A stretch of DNA of 38,200 bases. It comes from Azolla caroliniana (Eukaryota > Plantae > Polypodiophyta). Of the stretch, positions 12,901 to 26,116 are shown piece by piece (the first letter of the stretch is position 1; each line of letters begins with the position of its first letter). The notes under the pieces are model-generated. The model did no database searches, was not told the DNA's origin, and worked only from the letters and a program-made list of their open reading frames with translations. The stretch spans positions 1-38,200 of the forward strand of contig JBHGNT010000296.1 of NCBI GenBank assembly GCA_043228905.1, in the 5' to 3' direction. Position numbers and translations under genes: made by a program.

Positions 12901-15900
12901 GTTCATACCTGGCTCGTGTGATATCGGATTTTTGTGTTCAAACATGCAAATCGAAGCTAACAACGCTAGCTATGATATGGAATTAAAAATCAAGATTTTG
13001 CAACTCAAGTCGAGAGACATGAAGAAATTACCAAATTTGAGGAGTGAGGTTGGAAGAGCGCGTGAGTGAATTAAAATGTTCATACCTGGCTCGTGTGATA
13101 TCGGATTTTTGTGTTCAAACATGCAAATCGAAGCTAACAACGCTAGCTATGATATGGAATTAAAAAATCAAGATTTTGAAACTCAGGTCGAGAGACATGA
13201 CGAAATTTCCAAATTTGAGGAGGGAGTTGAGAAGAGCTAGTAGGTAAATTACACTGTTCATACCTGGTTCGTGTGATATCGGATTTTTGTGTTCAAACAT
13301 GCGAATCGAAGCTAACAACGCTAGCTATGCTATGGAATTAAAAATCAAGATTTTGCAACTCAAGTCGAGAGACATGACGAAATTACCAAATTTGAGGAGT
13401 GAGGTTGGAAGAGCGCGTGAGTGAATTAAAATGTTCATACCTGGCTCGTGTGATATCGGATTTTTGTGTTCAAACATGCAAGTCGAAGCTAACAACGTTA
13501 GCTATGATATGGAATTAAAAAATCAAGATTTTGAAACTCAGGTCGAGAGACATGACGAAATTTCCAAATTTGAGGAGTGAGTTGAGAAGAGCTAGTAGGT
13601 AAATTACACTGTTCATACCTGGTTCGTGTGATATCGGATTTTTGTGTTCAAACATGCGAATCGAAGCTAAGAACGCTAGCTATGATATGGAATTAAAAAA
13701 TCAAGATTTTGAAACCCAGGTCGAGAGACATGACGAAATTAGCAAATTTGAGGAGTGAGTTGAGAGGAGCCCTTGAGTAAATTAAAATGTTCATACCTAG
13801 CGAGTGTGATATCGGATTTTTGTGTACAAACATGCGAATCGAAGCTAACAACGCTAGCTATGATATGGAATTAAAAAATCAAGATTTTGAAACTAAAGTC
13901 GAGAGACATGACGAAATTAGCAAATTTGAGGAGTGAGTTGAGAGGAGCCCTTGAGTAAATTAAAATGTTCATACCTAGCGAGCGTGATATCGGATTTTTG
14001 TGTTCAAACATGCGAATCGAAGCTAACAACGCTAGCTATGATATGGAATTAAAAAATCAAGATTTTGAAACTCAGGTCGAGAGACATGACGAAATTTCCA
14101 AATTTGAGGAGGGAGTTGAGAAGAGCTAGTAGGTAAATTACACTGTTCATACCTGGTTCGTGTGATATCGGATTTTTGTGTTCAAACATGCGAATCGAAG
14201 CTAACAACGCTAGCTATGATATGGAATTAAAAATCAAGATTTTGCAACTCAAGTCGAGAGACATGAAGAAATTACCAAATTTGAGGAGTGAGGTTGGAAG
14301 AGCGCGTGAGTGAATTAAAATGTTCATACCTGGCTCGTGTGATATCGGATTTTTGTGTTCAAACATGCAAATCGAAGCTAACAACGCTAGCTATGATATG
14401 GAATTAAAAATCAAGATTTTGCAACTCAAGTCGAGAGACATGAAGAAATTACCAAATTTGAGGAGTGAGGTTGGAAGAGCGCGTGAGTGAATTAAAATGT
14501 TCATACCTGGCTCGTGTGATATCGGATTTTTGTGTTCAAAAATGAAAATCGAAGCTAACAACGCTAGCTATGATATGGAATTAAAAAATCAAGATTTTGA
14601 AACTAAGGTCGAGAGGCATGACGAAATTAGCAAATTTGAGGAGTGAGTTGAGAGGAGCCCTTGAGTAAATTAAAATGTTCATACCTGGCTCGTGTGATAT
14701 CGGATTTTTTTGTTCAAACATGCGAATCGAAGCTAGCAACGCTAGCTATGATATGGAATTAAAAAATCAAGATTTTGAAACTAAGGTCGAGAGACAAGAC
14801 GAAATTAGCAAATTTGAGGAGTGAGTTGAGAGGAGCCCTTGAGTAAATTAAAATGTTCATACCTGGCTCGTGTGATATCGGATTTTTGTGTTCAAACATG
14901 CGAATCGAAGCTAACAACGCTAGCTATGATATGGAATTAAAAAATCAAAATTTGGAAACTAAGATCGAGAGACATGACGAAATTAGCAAATTTGAGGAGT
15001 GAGTTGAGAGGAGCCCTTGAGTAAATTAAAATTTTCATACCTAGCGAGCGTGATATCGGATTTTTGTGTTCAAACATGCGAATCGAAGCTAACAACGCTA
15101 GCTATGATATGGAATTAAAAAATCAAGATTTTGAAACTCAGGTCGAGAGACATGACGAAATTAGCAAATTTGAGGAGTGAGTTGAGAGGAGCCCTTGAGT
15201 AAATTAAAATTTTCATACCTGGCTCGTGTGATATCGGATTTTTGTGTTCAAACATGCAAATCGAAGCTAACAACGCTAGCTATGATATGGAATTAAAAAA
15301 TCAAGATTTTGAAACTCAGGTCGAGAGACATGACGAAATTTCCAAATTTGAGGAGGGAGTTGAGAAGAGCTAGTAGGTAAATTACACTGTTCATACCTGG
15401 TTCGTGTGATATCGGATTTTTGTGTTCAAACATGCGAATCGAAGCTAACAACGCTAGCTATGCTATGGAATTAAAAATCAAGATTTTGCAACTCAAGTCG
15501 AGAGACATGACGAAATTACCAAATTTGAGGAGTGAGGTTGGAAGAGCGCGTGAGTGAATTAAAATGTTCATACCTGGCTCGTGTGATATCGGATTTTTGT
15601 GTTCAAACATGCAAGTCGAAGCTAACAACGTTAGCTATGATATGGAATTAAAAAATCAAGATTTTGAAACTCAGGTCGAGAGACATGACGAAATTAGCAA
15701 ATTTGAGGAGTGAGTTGAGAGGAGCCCTTGAGTAAATTAAAATGTTCATACCTAGCGAGCGTGATATCGGATTTTTGTGTTCAAACATGCGAATCGAAGC
15801 TAACAACGCTAGCTATGATATGGAATTAAAAATCAAGATTTTGCAAGTCAAGTCGAGAGACATGAAGAAATTACCAAATTTGAGGAGTGAGGTTGGAAGA

Positions 15901-18900
15901 GCGCGTGAGTGAATTAAAATGTTCATACCTGGCTCGTGTGATATCGGATTTTTGTGTTCAAAAATGAAAATCGAAGCTAACAACGCTAGCTATGATATGG
16001 AATTAAAAAATCAAGATTTTGAAACTAAGGTCGAGAGGCATGACGAAATTAGCAAATTTGAGGAGTGAGTTGAGAGGAGCCCTTGAGTAAATTAAAATGT
16101 TCATACCTGGCTCATGTGATATCGGATTTTTTTGTTCAAACATGCGAATCGAAGCTAGCAACGCTAGCTATGATATGGAATTAAAAAATCAAGATTTTGA
16201 AACTAAGGTCGAGAGACAAGACGAAATTAGCAAATTTGAGGAGTGAGTTGAGAGGAGCCCTTGAGTAAATTAAAATGTTCATACCTGGCTCGTGTGATAT
16301 CGGATTTTTGTGTTCAAACATGCGAATCGAAGCTAACAACGCTAGCTATGATATGGAATTAAAAAATCAAAATTTGGAAACTAAGGTCGAGAGACATGAC
16401 GAAATTAGCAAATTTGAGGAGTGAGTTGAGAGGAGCCCTTGAGTAAATTAAAATTTTCATACCTAGCGAGCGTGATATCGGATTTTTGTGTTCAAACATG
16501 CGAATCGAAGCTAACAACGCTAGCTATGATATGGAATTAAAAAATCAAGATTTTGAAACTCAGGTCGAGAGACATGACGAAATTAGCAAATTTGAGGAGT
16601 GAGTTGAGAGGAGCCCTTGAGTAAATTAAAATTTTCATACCTGGCTCGTGTGATATCGGATTTTTGTGTTCAAACATGCAAATCGAAGCTAACAACGCTA
16701 GCTATGATATGGAATTAAAAAATCAAGATTTTGAAACTCAGGTCGAGAGACATGACGAAATTTCCAAATTTGAGGAGGGAGTTGAGAAGAGCTAGTAGGT
16801 AAATTACACTGTTCATACCTGGTTCGTGTGATATCGGATTTTTGTGTTCAAACATGCGAATCGAAGCTAACAACGCTAGCTATGATATGGAATTAAAAAT
16901 CAAGATTTTGCAACTCAAGTCGAGAGACATGACGAAATTACCAAATTTGAGGAGTGAGGTTGGAAGAGCGCGTGAGTGAATTAAAATGTTCATACCTGGC
17001 TCGTGTGATATCGGATTTTTGTGTTCAAACATGCAAATCGAAGCTAACAACGCTAGCTATGATATGGAATTAAAAATCAAGATTTTGCAACTCAAGTCGA
17101 GACACATGAAGAAATTACCAAATTTGAGGAGTGAGGTTGGAAGAGCGCGTGAGTGAATTAAAATGTTCATACCTGGCTCGTGTGATATCGGATTTTTGTG
17201 TTCAAACATGCAAATCGAAGCTAACAACGCTAGCTATGATATGGAATTAAAAATCAAGATTTTGCAACTCAAGTCGAGAGACATGAAGAAATTACCAAAT
17301 TTGAGGAGTGAGGTTGGAAGAGCGCGTGAGTGAATTAAAATGTTCATACCTGGCTCGTGTGATATCGGATTTTTGTGTTCAAACATGCAAATCGAAGCTA
17401 ACAACGCTAGCTATGATATGGAATTAAAAAATCAAGATTTTGAAACTCAGGTCGAGAGACATGACGAAATTTCCAAATTTGAGGAGGGAGTTGAGAAGAG
17501 CTAGTAGGTAAATTACACTGTTCATACCTGGTTCGTGTGATATCGGATTTTTGTGTTCAAACATGCGAATCGAAGCTAACAACGCTAGCTATGCTATGGA
17601 ATTAAAAATCAAGATTTTGCAACTCAAGTCGAGAGACATGACGAAATTACCAAATTTGAGGAGTGAGGTTGGAAGAGCGCGTGAGTGAATTAAAATGTTC
17701 ATACCTGGCTCGTGTGATATCGGATTTTTGTGTTCAAACATGCAAGTCGAAGCTAACAACGTTAGCTATGATATGGAATTAAAAAATCAAGATTTTGAAA
17801 CTCAGGTCGAGAGACATGACGAAATTTCCAAATTTGAGGAGTGAGTTGAGAAGAGCTAGTAGGTAAATTACACTGTTCATACCTGGTTCGTGTGATATCG
17901 GATTTTTGTGTTCAAACATGCGAATCGAAGCTAAGAACGCTAGCTATGATATGGAATTAAAAAATCAAGATTTTGAAACCCAGGTCGAGAGACATGACGA
18001 AATTAGCAAATTTGAGGAGTGAGTTGAGAGGAGCCCTTGAGTAAATTAAAATGTTCATACCTAGCGAGTGTGATATCGGATTTTTGTGTACAAACATGCG
18101 AATCGAAGCTAACAACGCTAGCTATGATATGGAATTAAAAAATCAAGATTTTGAAACTAAAGTCGAGAGACATGACGAAATTAGCAAATTTGAGGAGTGA
18201 GTTGAGAGGAGCCCTTGAGTAAATTAAAATGTTCATACCTAGCGAGCGTGATATCGGATTTTTGTGTTCAAACATGCGAATCGAAGCTAACAACGCTAGC
18301 TATGATATGGAATTAAAAAATCAAGATTTTGAAACTCAGGTCGAGAGACATGACGAAATTTCCAAATTTGAGGAGGGAGTTGAGAAGAGCTAGTAGGTAA
18401 ATTACACTGTTCATACCTGGTTCGTGTGATATCGGATTTTTGTGTTCAAACATGCGAATCGAAGCTAACAACGCTAGCTATGATATGGAATTAAAAATCA
18501 AGATTTTGCAACTCAAGTCGAGAGACATGAAGAAATTACCAAATTTGAGGAGTGAGGTTGGAAGAGCGCGTGAGTGAATTAAAATGTTCATACCTGGCTC
18601 GTGTGATATCGGATTTTTGTGTTCAAACATGCAAATCGAAGCTAACAACGCTAGCTATGATATGGAATTAAAAATCAAGATTTTGCAACTCAAGTCGAGA
18701 GACATGAAGAAATTACCAAATTTGAGGAGTGAGGTTGGAAGAGCGCGTGAGTGAATTAAAATGTTCATACCTGGCTCGTGTGATATCGGATTTTTGTGTT
18801 CAAAAATGAAAATCGAAGCTAACAACGCTAGCTATGATATGGAATTAAAAAATCAAGATTTTGAAACTAAGGTCGAGAGGCATGACGAAATTAGCAAATT

Positions 18901-21900
18901 TGAGGAGTGAGTTGAGAGGAGCCCTTGAGTAAATTAAAATGTTCATACCTGGCTCGTGTGATATCGGATTTTTTTGTTCAAACATGCGAATCGAAGCTAG
19001 CAACGCTAGCTATGATATGGAATTAAAAAATCAAGATTTTGAAACTAAGGTCGAGAGACAAGACGAAATTAGCAAATTTGAGGAGTGAGTTGAGAGGAGC
19101 CCTTGAGTAAATTAAAATGTTCATACCTGGCTCGTGTGATATCGGATTTTTGTGTTCAAACATGCGAATCGAAGCTAACAACGCTAGCTATGATATGGAA
19201 TTAAAAAATCAAAATTTGGAAACTAAGATCGAGAGACATGACGAAATTAGCAAATTTGAGGAGTGAGTTGAGAGGAGCCCTTGAGTAAATTAAAATTTTC
19301 ATACCTAGCGAGCGTGATATCGGATTTTTGTGTTCAAACATGCGAATCGAAGCTAACAACGCTAGCTATGATATGGAATTAAAAAATCAAGATTTTGAAA
19401 CTCAGGTCGAGAGACATGACGAAATTAGCAAATTTGAGGAGTGAGTTGAGAGGAGCCCTTGAGTAAATTAAAATTTTCATACCTGGCTCGTGTGATATCG
19501 GATTTTTGTGTTCAAACATGCAAATCGAAGCTAACAACGCTAGCTATGATATGGAATTAAAAAATCAAGATTTTGAAACTCAGGTCGAGAGACATGACGA
19601 AATTTCCAAATTTGAGGAGGGAGTTGAGAAGAGCTAGTAGGTAAATTACACTGTTCATACCTGGTTCGTGTGATATCGGATTTTTGTGTTCAAACATGCG
19701 AATCGAAGCTAACAACGCTAGCTATGCTATGGAATTAAAAATCAAGATTTTGCAACTCAAGTCGAGAGACATGACGAAATTACCAAATTTGAGGAGTGAG
19801 GTTGGAAGAGCGCGTGAGTGAATTAAAATGTTCATACCTGGCTCGTGTGATATCGGATTTTTGTGTTCAAACATGCAAGTCGAAGCTAACAACGTTAGCT
19901 ATGATATGGAATTAAAAAATCAAGATTTTGAAACTCAGGTCGAGAGACATGACGAAATTAGCAAATTTGAGGAGTGAGTTGAGAGGAGCCCTTGAGTAAA
20001 TTAAAATGTTCATACCTAGCGAGCGTGATATCGGATTTTTGTGTTCAAACATGCGAATCGAAGCTAACAACGCTAGCTATGATATGGAATTAAAAAATCA
20101 AGATTTTGAAACTCAGGTCGAGAGACATGACGAAATTTCCAAATTTGAGGAGGGAGTTGAGAAGAGCTAGTAGGTAAATTACACTGTTCATACCTGGTTC
20201 GTGTGATATCGGATTTTTGTGTTCAAACATGCGAATCGAAGCTAACAACGCTAGCTATGATATGGAATTAAAAATCAAGATTTTGCAACTCAAGTCGAGA
20301 GACATGAAGAAATTACCAAATTTGAGGAGTGAGGTTGGAAGAGCGCGTGAGTGAATTAAAATGTTCATACCTGGCTCGTGTGATATCGGATTTTTGTGTT
20401 CAAACATGCAAATCGAAGCTAACAACGCTAGCTATGATATGGAATTAAAAATCAAGATTTTGCAAGTCAAGTCGAGAGACATGAAGAAATTACCAAATTT
20501 GAGGAGTGAGGTTGGAAGAGCGCGTGAGTGAATTAAAATGTTCATACCTGGCTCGTGTGATATCGGATTTTTGTGTTCAAAAATGAAAATCGAAGCTAAC
20601 AACGCTAGCTATGATATGGAATTAAAAAATCAAGATTTTGAAACTAAGGTCGAGAGGCATGACGAAATTAGCAAATTTGAGGAGTGAGTTGAGAGGAGCC
20701 CTTGAGTAAATTAAAATGTTCATACCTGGCTCATGTGATATCGGATTTTTTTGTTCAAACATGCGAATCGAAGCTAGCAACGCTAGCTATGATATGGAAT
20801 TAAAAAATCAAGATTTTGAAACTAAGGTCGAGAGACAAGACGAAATTAGCAAATTTGAGGAGTGAGTTGAGAGGAGCCCTTGAGTAAATTAAAATGTTCA
20901 TACCTGGCTCGTGTGATATCGGATTTTTGTGTTCAAACATGCGAATCGAAGCTAACAACGCTAGCTATGATATGGAATTAAAAAATCAAAATTTGGAAAC
21001 TAAGGTCGAGAGACATGACGAAATTAGCAAATTTGAGGAGTGAGTTGAGAGGAGCCCTTGAGTAAATTAAAATTTTCATACCTAGCGAGCGTGATATCGG
21101 ATTTTTGTGTTCAAACATGCGAATCGAAGCTAACAATGCTAGCTATGATATGGAATTAAAAAATCAAGATTTTGAAACTCAGGTCGAGAGACATGACGAA
21201 ATTAGCAAATTTGAGGAGTGAGTTGAGAGGAGCCCTTGAGTAAATTAAAATTTTCATACCTGGCTCGTGTGATATCGGATTTTTGTGTTCAAACATGCAA
21301 ATCGAAGCTAACAACGCTAGCTATGATATGGAATTAAAAAATCAAGATTTTGAAACTCAGGTCGAGAGACATGACGAAATTTCCAAATTTGAGGAGGGAG
21401 TTGAGAAGAGCTAGTAGGTAAATTACACTGTTCATACCTGGTTCGTGTGATATCGGATTTTTGTGTTCAAACATGCGAATCGAAGCTAACAACGCTAGCT
21501 ATGATATGGAATTAAAAATCAAGATTTTGCAACTCAAGTCGAGAGACATGACGAAATTACCAAATTTGAGGAGTGAGGTTGGAAGAGCGCGTGAGTGAAT
21601 TAAAATGTTCATACCTGGCTCGTGTGATATCGGATTTTTGTGTTCAAACATGCAAATCGAAGCTAACAACGCTAGCTATGATATGGAATTAAAAATCAAG
21701 ATTTTGCAACTCAAGTCGAGACACATGAAGAAATTACCAAATTTGAGGAGTGAGGTTGGAAGAGCGCGTGAGTGAATTAAAATGTTCATACCTGGCTCGT
21801 GTGATATCGGATTTTTGTGTTCAAACATGCAAATCGAAGCTAACAACGCTAGCTATGATATGGAATTAAAAATCAAGATTTTGCAACTCAAGTCGAGAGA

Positions 21901-22890
21901 CATGAAGAAATTACCAAATTTGAGGAGTGAGGTTGGAAGAGCGCGTGAGTGAATTAAAATGTTCATACCTGGCTCGTGTGATATCGGATTTTTGTGTTCA
22001 AACATGCAAGTCGAAGCTAACAACGTTAGCTATGATATGGAATTAAAAAATCAAGATTTTGAAACTCAGGTCGAGAGACATGACGAAATTTCCAAATTTG
22101 AGGAGGGAGTTGAGAAGAGCTAGTAGGTAAATTACACTGTTCATACCTGGTTCGTGTGATATCGGATTTTTGTGTTCAAACATGCGAATCGAAGCTAAGA
22201 ACGCTAGCTATGATATGGAATTAAAAAATCAAGATTTTGAAACTCAGGTCGAGAGACATGACGAAATTAGCAAATTTGAGGAGTGAGTTGAGAGGAGCCC
22301 TTGAGTAAATTAAAATGTTCATACCTAGCGAGTGTGATATCGGATTTTTGTGTACAAACATGCGAATCGAAGCTAACAACGCTAGCTATGATATGGAATT
22401 AAAAAATCAAGATTTTGAAACTAAAGTCGAGAGACATGACGAAATTTCCAAATTTGAGGAGGGAGTTGAGAAGAGCTAGTAGGTAAATTACACTGTTCAT
22501 ACCTGGTTCGTGTGATATCGGATTTTTGTGTTCAAACATGCGAATCGAAGCTAACAACGCTAGCTATGCTATGGAATTAAAAATCAAGATTTTGCAACTC
22601 AAGTCGAGAGACATGACGAAATTACCAAATTTGAGGAGTGAGGTTGGAAGAGCGCGTGAGTGAATTAAAATGTTCATACCTGGCTCGTGTGATATCGGAT
22701 TTTTGTGTTCAAACATGCGAATCGAAGCTAACAACACTAGCTATGATATGGAATTAAAAATCAAGATTTTGCAACTCAAGTCGAGAGACATGAAGAAATT
22801 ACCAAATTTGAGGAGTGAGGTTGGAAGAGCGCGTGAGTGAATTAAAATGTTCATACCTGGCTCGTGTGATATCGGATTTTTGTGTTCAAA
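2545..22890 (+). repeat. 57-monomer tandem duplication (period 10125 bp)
   Basis: Same monomer order at offset 10125. The rare SNP AACAATGCT occurs at 11012 and 21137, the C6/A chimera at 12259 and 22384, and the unusual C-to-B2 junction at 5686 and 15811. Confidence 0.92.
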
Positions 22891-25404
22891 AATGAAAATC
22901 GAAGCTAACAACGCTAGCTATGATATGGAATTAAAAAATCAAGATTTTGAAACTAAGGTCGAGAGGCATGACGAAATTAGCAAATTTGAGGAGTGAGTTG
23001 AGAGGAGCCCTTGAGTAAATTAAAATGTTCATACCGGGCTCGTGTGATATCGGATTTTTTTGTTCAAACATGCGAATCGAAGCTAGCAACGCTAGCTATG
23101 ATATGGAATTAAAAAATCAAGATTTTGAAACTAAGGTCGAGAGACAAGACGAAATTAGCAAATTTGAGGAGTGAGTTGAGAGGAGCCCTTGAGTAAATTA
23201 AAATGTTCATACCTGGCTCGTGTGATATCGGATTTTTGTGTTCAAACATGCGAATCGAAGCTAACAACGCTAGCTATGATATGGAATTAAAAAATCAAAA
23301 TTTGGAAACTAAGGTCGAGAGACATGACGAAATTAGCAAATTTGAGGAGTGAGTTGAGAGGAGCCCTTGAGTAAATTAAAATGTTCATACCTAGCGAGCG
23401 TGATATCGGATTTTTGTGTTCAAACATGCGAATAGAAGCTAACAACGCTAGCTATGATATGGAATTAAAAAATCAAGATTTTGAAACTCAGGTCGAGAGA
23501 CATGACGAAATTAGCAAATTTGAGGAGTGAGTTGAGAGGAGCCCTTGAGTAAATTAAAATTTTCATACCTGGCTCGTGTGATATCGGATTTTTGTGTTCA
23601 AACATGCAAATCGAAGCTAACAACGCTAGCTATGATATGGAATTAAAAAATCAAGATTTTGAAACTCAGGTCGAGAGACATGACGAAATTTCCAAATTTG
23701 AGGAGGGAGTTGAGAAGAGCTAGTAGGTAAATTACACTGTTCATACCTGGTTCGTGTGATATCGGATTTTTGTGTTCAAACATGCGAATCGAAGCTAACA
23801 ACGCTAGCTATGATATGGAATTAAAAATCAAGATTTTGCAACTCAAGTCGAGAGACATGACGAAATTACCAAATTTGAGGAGTGAGGTTGGAAGAGCGCG
23901 TGAGTGAATTAAAATGTTCATACCTGGCTCGTGTGATATCGGATTTTTGTGTTCAAACATGCAAGTCGAAGCTAACAACGTTAGCTATGATATGGAATTA
24001 AAAAATCAAGATTTTGAAACTCAGGTCGAGAGACATGACGAAATTTCCAAATTTGAGGAGGGAGTTGAGAAGAGCTAGTAGGTAAATTACACTGTTCATA
24101 CCTGGTTCGTGTGATATCGGATTTTTGTGTTCAAACATGCGAATCGAAGCTAAGAACGCTAGCTATGATATGGAATTAAAAAATCAAGATTTTGAAACTC
24201 AGGTCGAGAGACATGACGAAATTAGCAAATTTGAGGAGTGAGTTGAGAGGAGCCCTTGAGTAAATTAAAATGTTCATACCTAGCGAGTGTGATATCGGAT
24301 TTTTGTGTACAAACATGCGAATCGAAGCTAACAACGCTAGCTATGATATGGAATTAAAAAATCAAGATTTTGAAACTAAAGTCGAGAGACATGACGAGAT
24401 TAGCAAATTTGAGGAGTGAGTTGAGAGGAGCCCTTGAGTAAATTAAAATGTTCATACCTAGCGAGCGTGATATCGGATTTTTGTGTTCAAACATGCGAAT
24501 CGAAGCTAACAACGCTAGCTATGATATGGAATTAAAAAATCAAGATTTTGAAACTCAGGTCGAGAGACATGACGAAATTTCCAAATTTGAGGAGGGAGTT
24601 GAGAAGAGCTAGTAGGTAAATTACACTGTTCATACCTGGTTCGTGTGATATCGGATTTTTGTGTTCAAACATGCGAATCGAAGCTAACAACGCTAGCTAT
24701 GATATGGAATTAAAAATCAAGATTTTGCAACTCAAGTCGAGAGACATGAAGAAATTACCAAATTTGAGGAGTGAGGTTGGAAGAGCGCGTGAGTGAATTA
24801 AAATGTTCATACCTGGCTCGTGTGATATCGGATTTTTGTGTTCAAACATGCAAATCGAAGCTAACAACGCTAGCTATGATATGGAATTAAAAATCAAGAT
24901 TTTGCAAGTCAAGTCGAGAGACATGAAGAAATTACCAAATTTGAGGAGTGAGGTTGGAAGAGCGCGTGAGTGAATTAAAATGTTCATACCTGGCTCGTGT
25001 GATATCGGATTTTTGTGTTCAAAAATGAAAATCGAAGCTAACAACGCTAGCTATGATATGGAATTAAAAAATCAAGATTTTGAAACTAAGGTCGAGAGGC
25101 ATGACGAAATTAGCAAATTTGAGGAGTGAGTTGAGAGGAGCCCTTGAGTAAATTAAAATGTTCATACCTGGCTCATGTGATATCGGATTTTTTTGTTCAA
25201 ACATGCGAATCGAAGCTAGCAACGCTAGCTATGATATGGAATTAAAAAATCAAGATTTTGAAACTAAGGTCGAGAGACAAGACGAAATTAGCAAATTTGA
25301 GGAGTGAGTTGAGAGGAGCCCTTGAGTAAATTAAAATGTTCATACCTGGCTCGTGTGATATCGGATTTTTGTGTTCAAACATGCGAATCGAAGCTAACAA
25401 CGCT

Positions 25405-26116
25405 AGCTATGATATGGAATTAAAAAATCAAAATTTGGAAACTAAGGTCGAGAGACATGACGAAATTAGCAAATTTGAGGAGTGAGTTGAGAGGAGCCCT
25501 TGAGTAAATTAAAATTTTCATACCTAGCGAGCGTGATATCGGATTTCTGTGTTCAAACATGCGAATCGAAGCTAACAACGCTAGCTATGATATGGAATTA
25601 AAAAATCAAGATTTTGAAACTCAGGTCGAGAGACATGACGAAATTAGCAAATTTGAGGAGTGAGTTGAGAGGAGCCCTTGAGTAAATTAAAATTTTCATA
25701 CCTGGCTCGTGTGATATCGGATTTTTGTGTTCAAACATGCGAATCGAAGCTAACAACGCTAGCTATGATATGGAATTAAAAAATCAAAATTTGGAAACTA
25801 AGGTCGAGAGACATGACGAAATTAGCAAATTTGAGGAGTGAGTTGAGAGGAGCCCTTGAGTAAATTAAAATTTTCATACCTAGCGAGCGTGATATCGGAT
25901 TTTTGTGTTCAAACATGCGAATCGAAGCTAACAACGCTAGCTATGATATGGAATTAAAAAATCAAGATTTTGAAACTCAGGTCGAGAGACATGACGAAAT
26001 TAGCAAATTTGAGGAGTGAGTTGAGAGGAGCCCTTGAGTAAATTAAAATTTTCATACCTGGCTCGTGTGATATCGGATTTTTGTGTTCAAACATGCAAAT
26101 CGAAGCTAACAACGCT
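25405..26116 (+). repeat. Local dimer duplication C3-C4-C3-C4 (period 356 bp)
   Basis: The CAAAATTTGG monomer starts at both 25405 and 25761, each followed by a C4 monomer. Confidence 0.85.
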
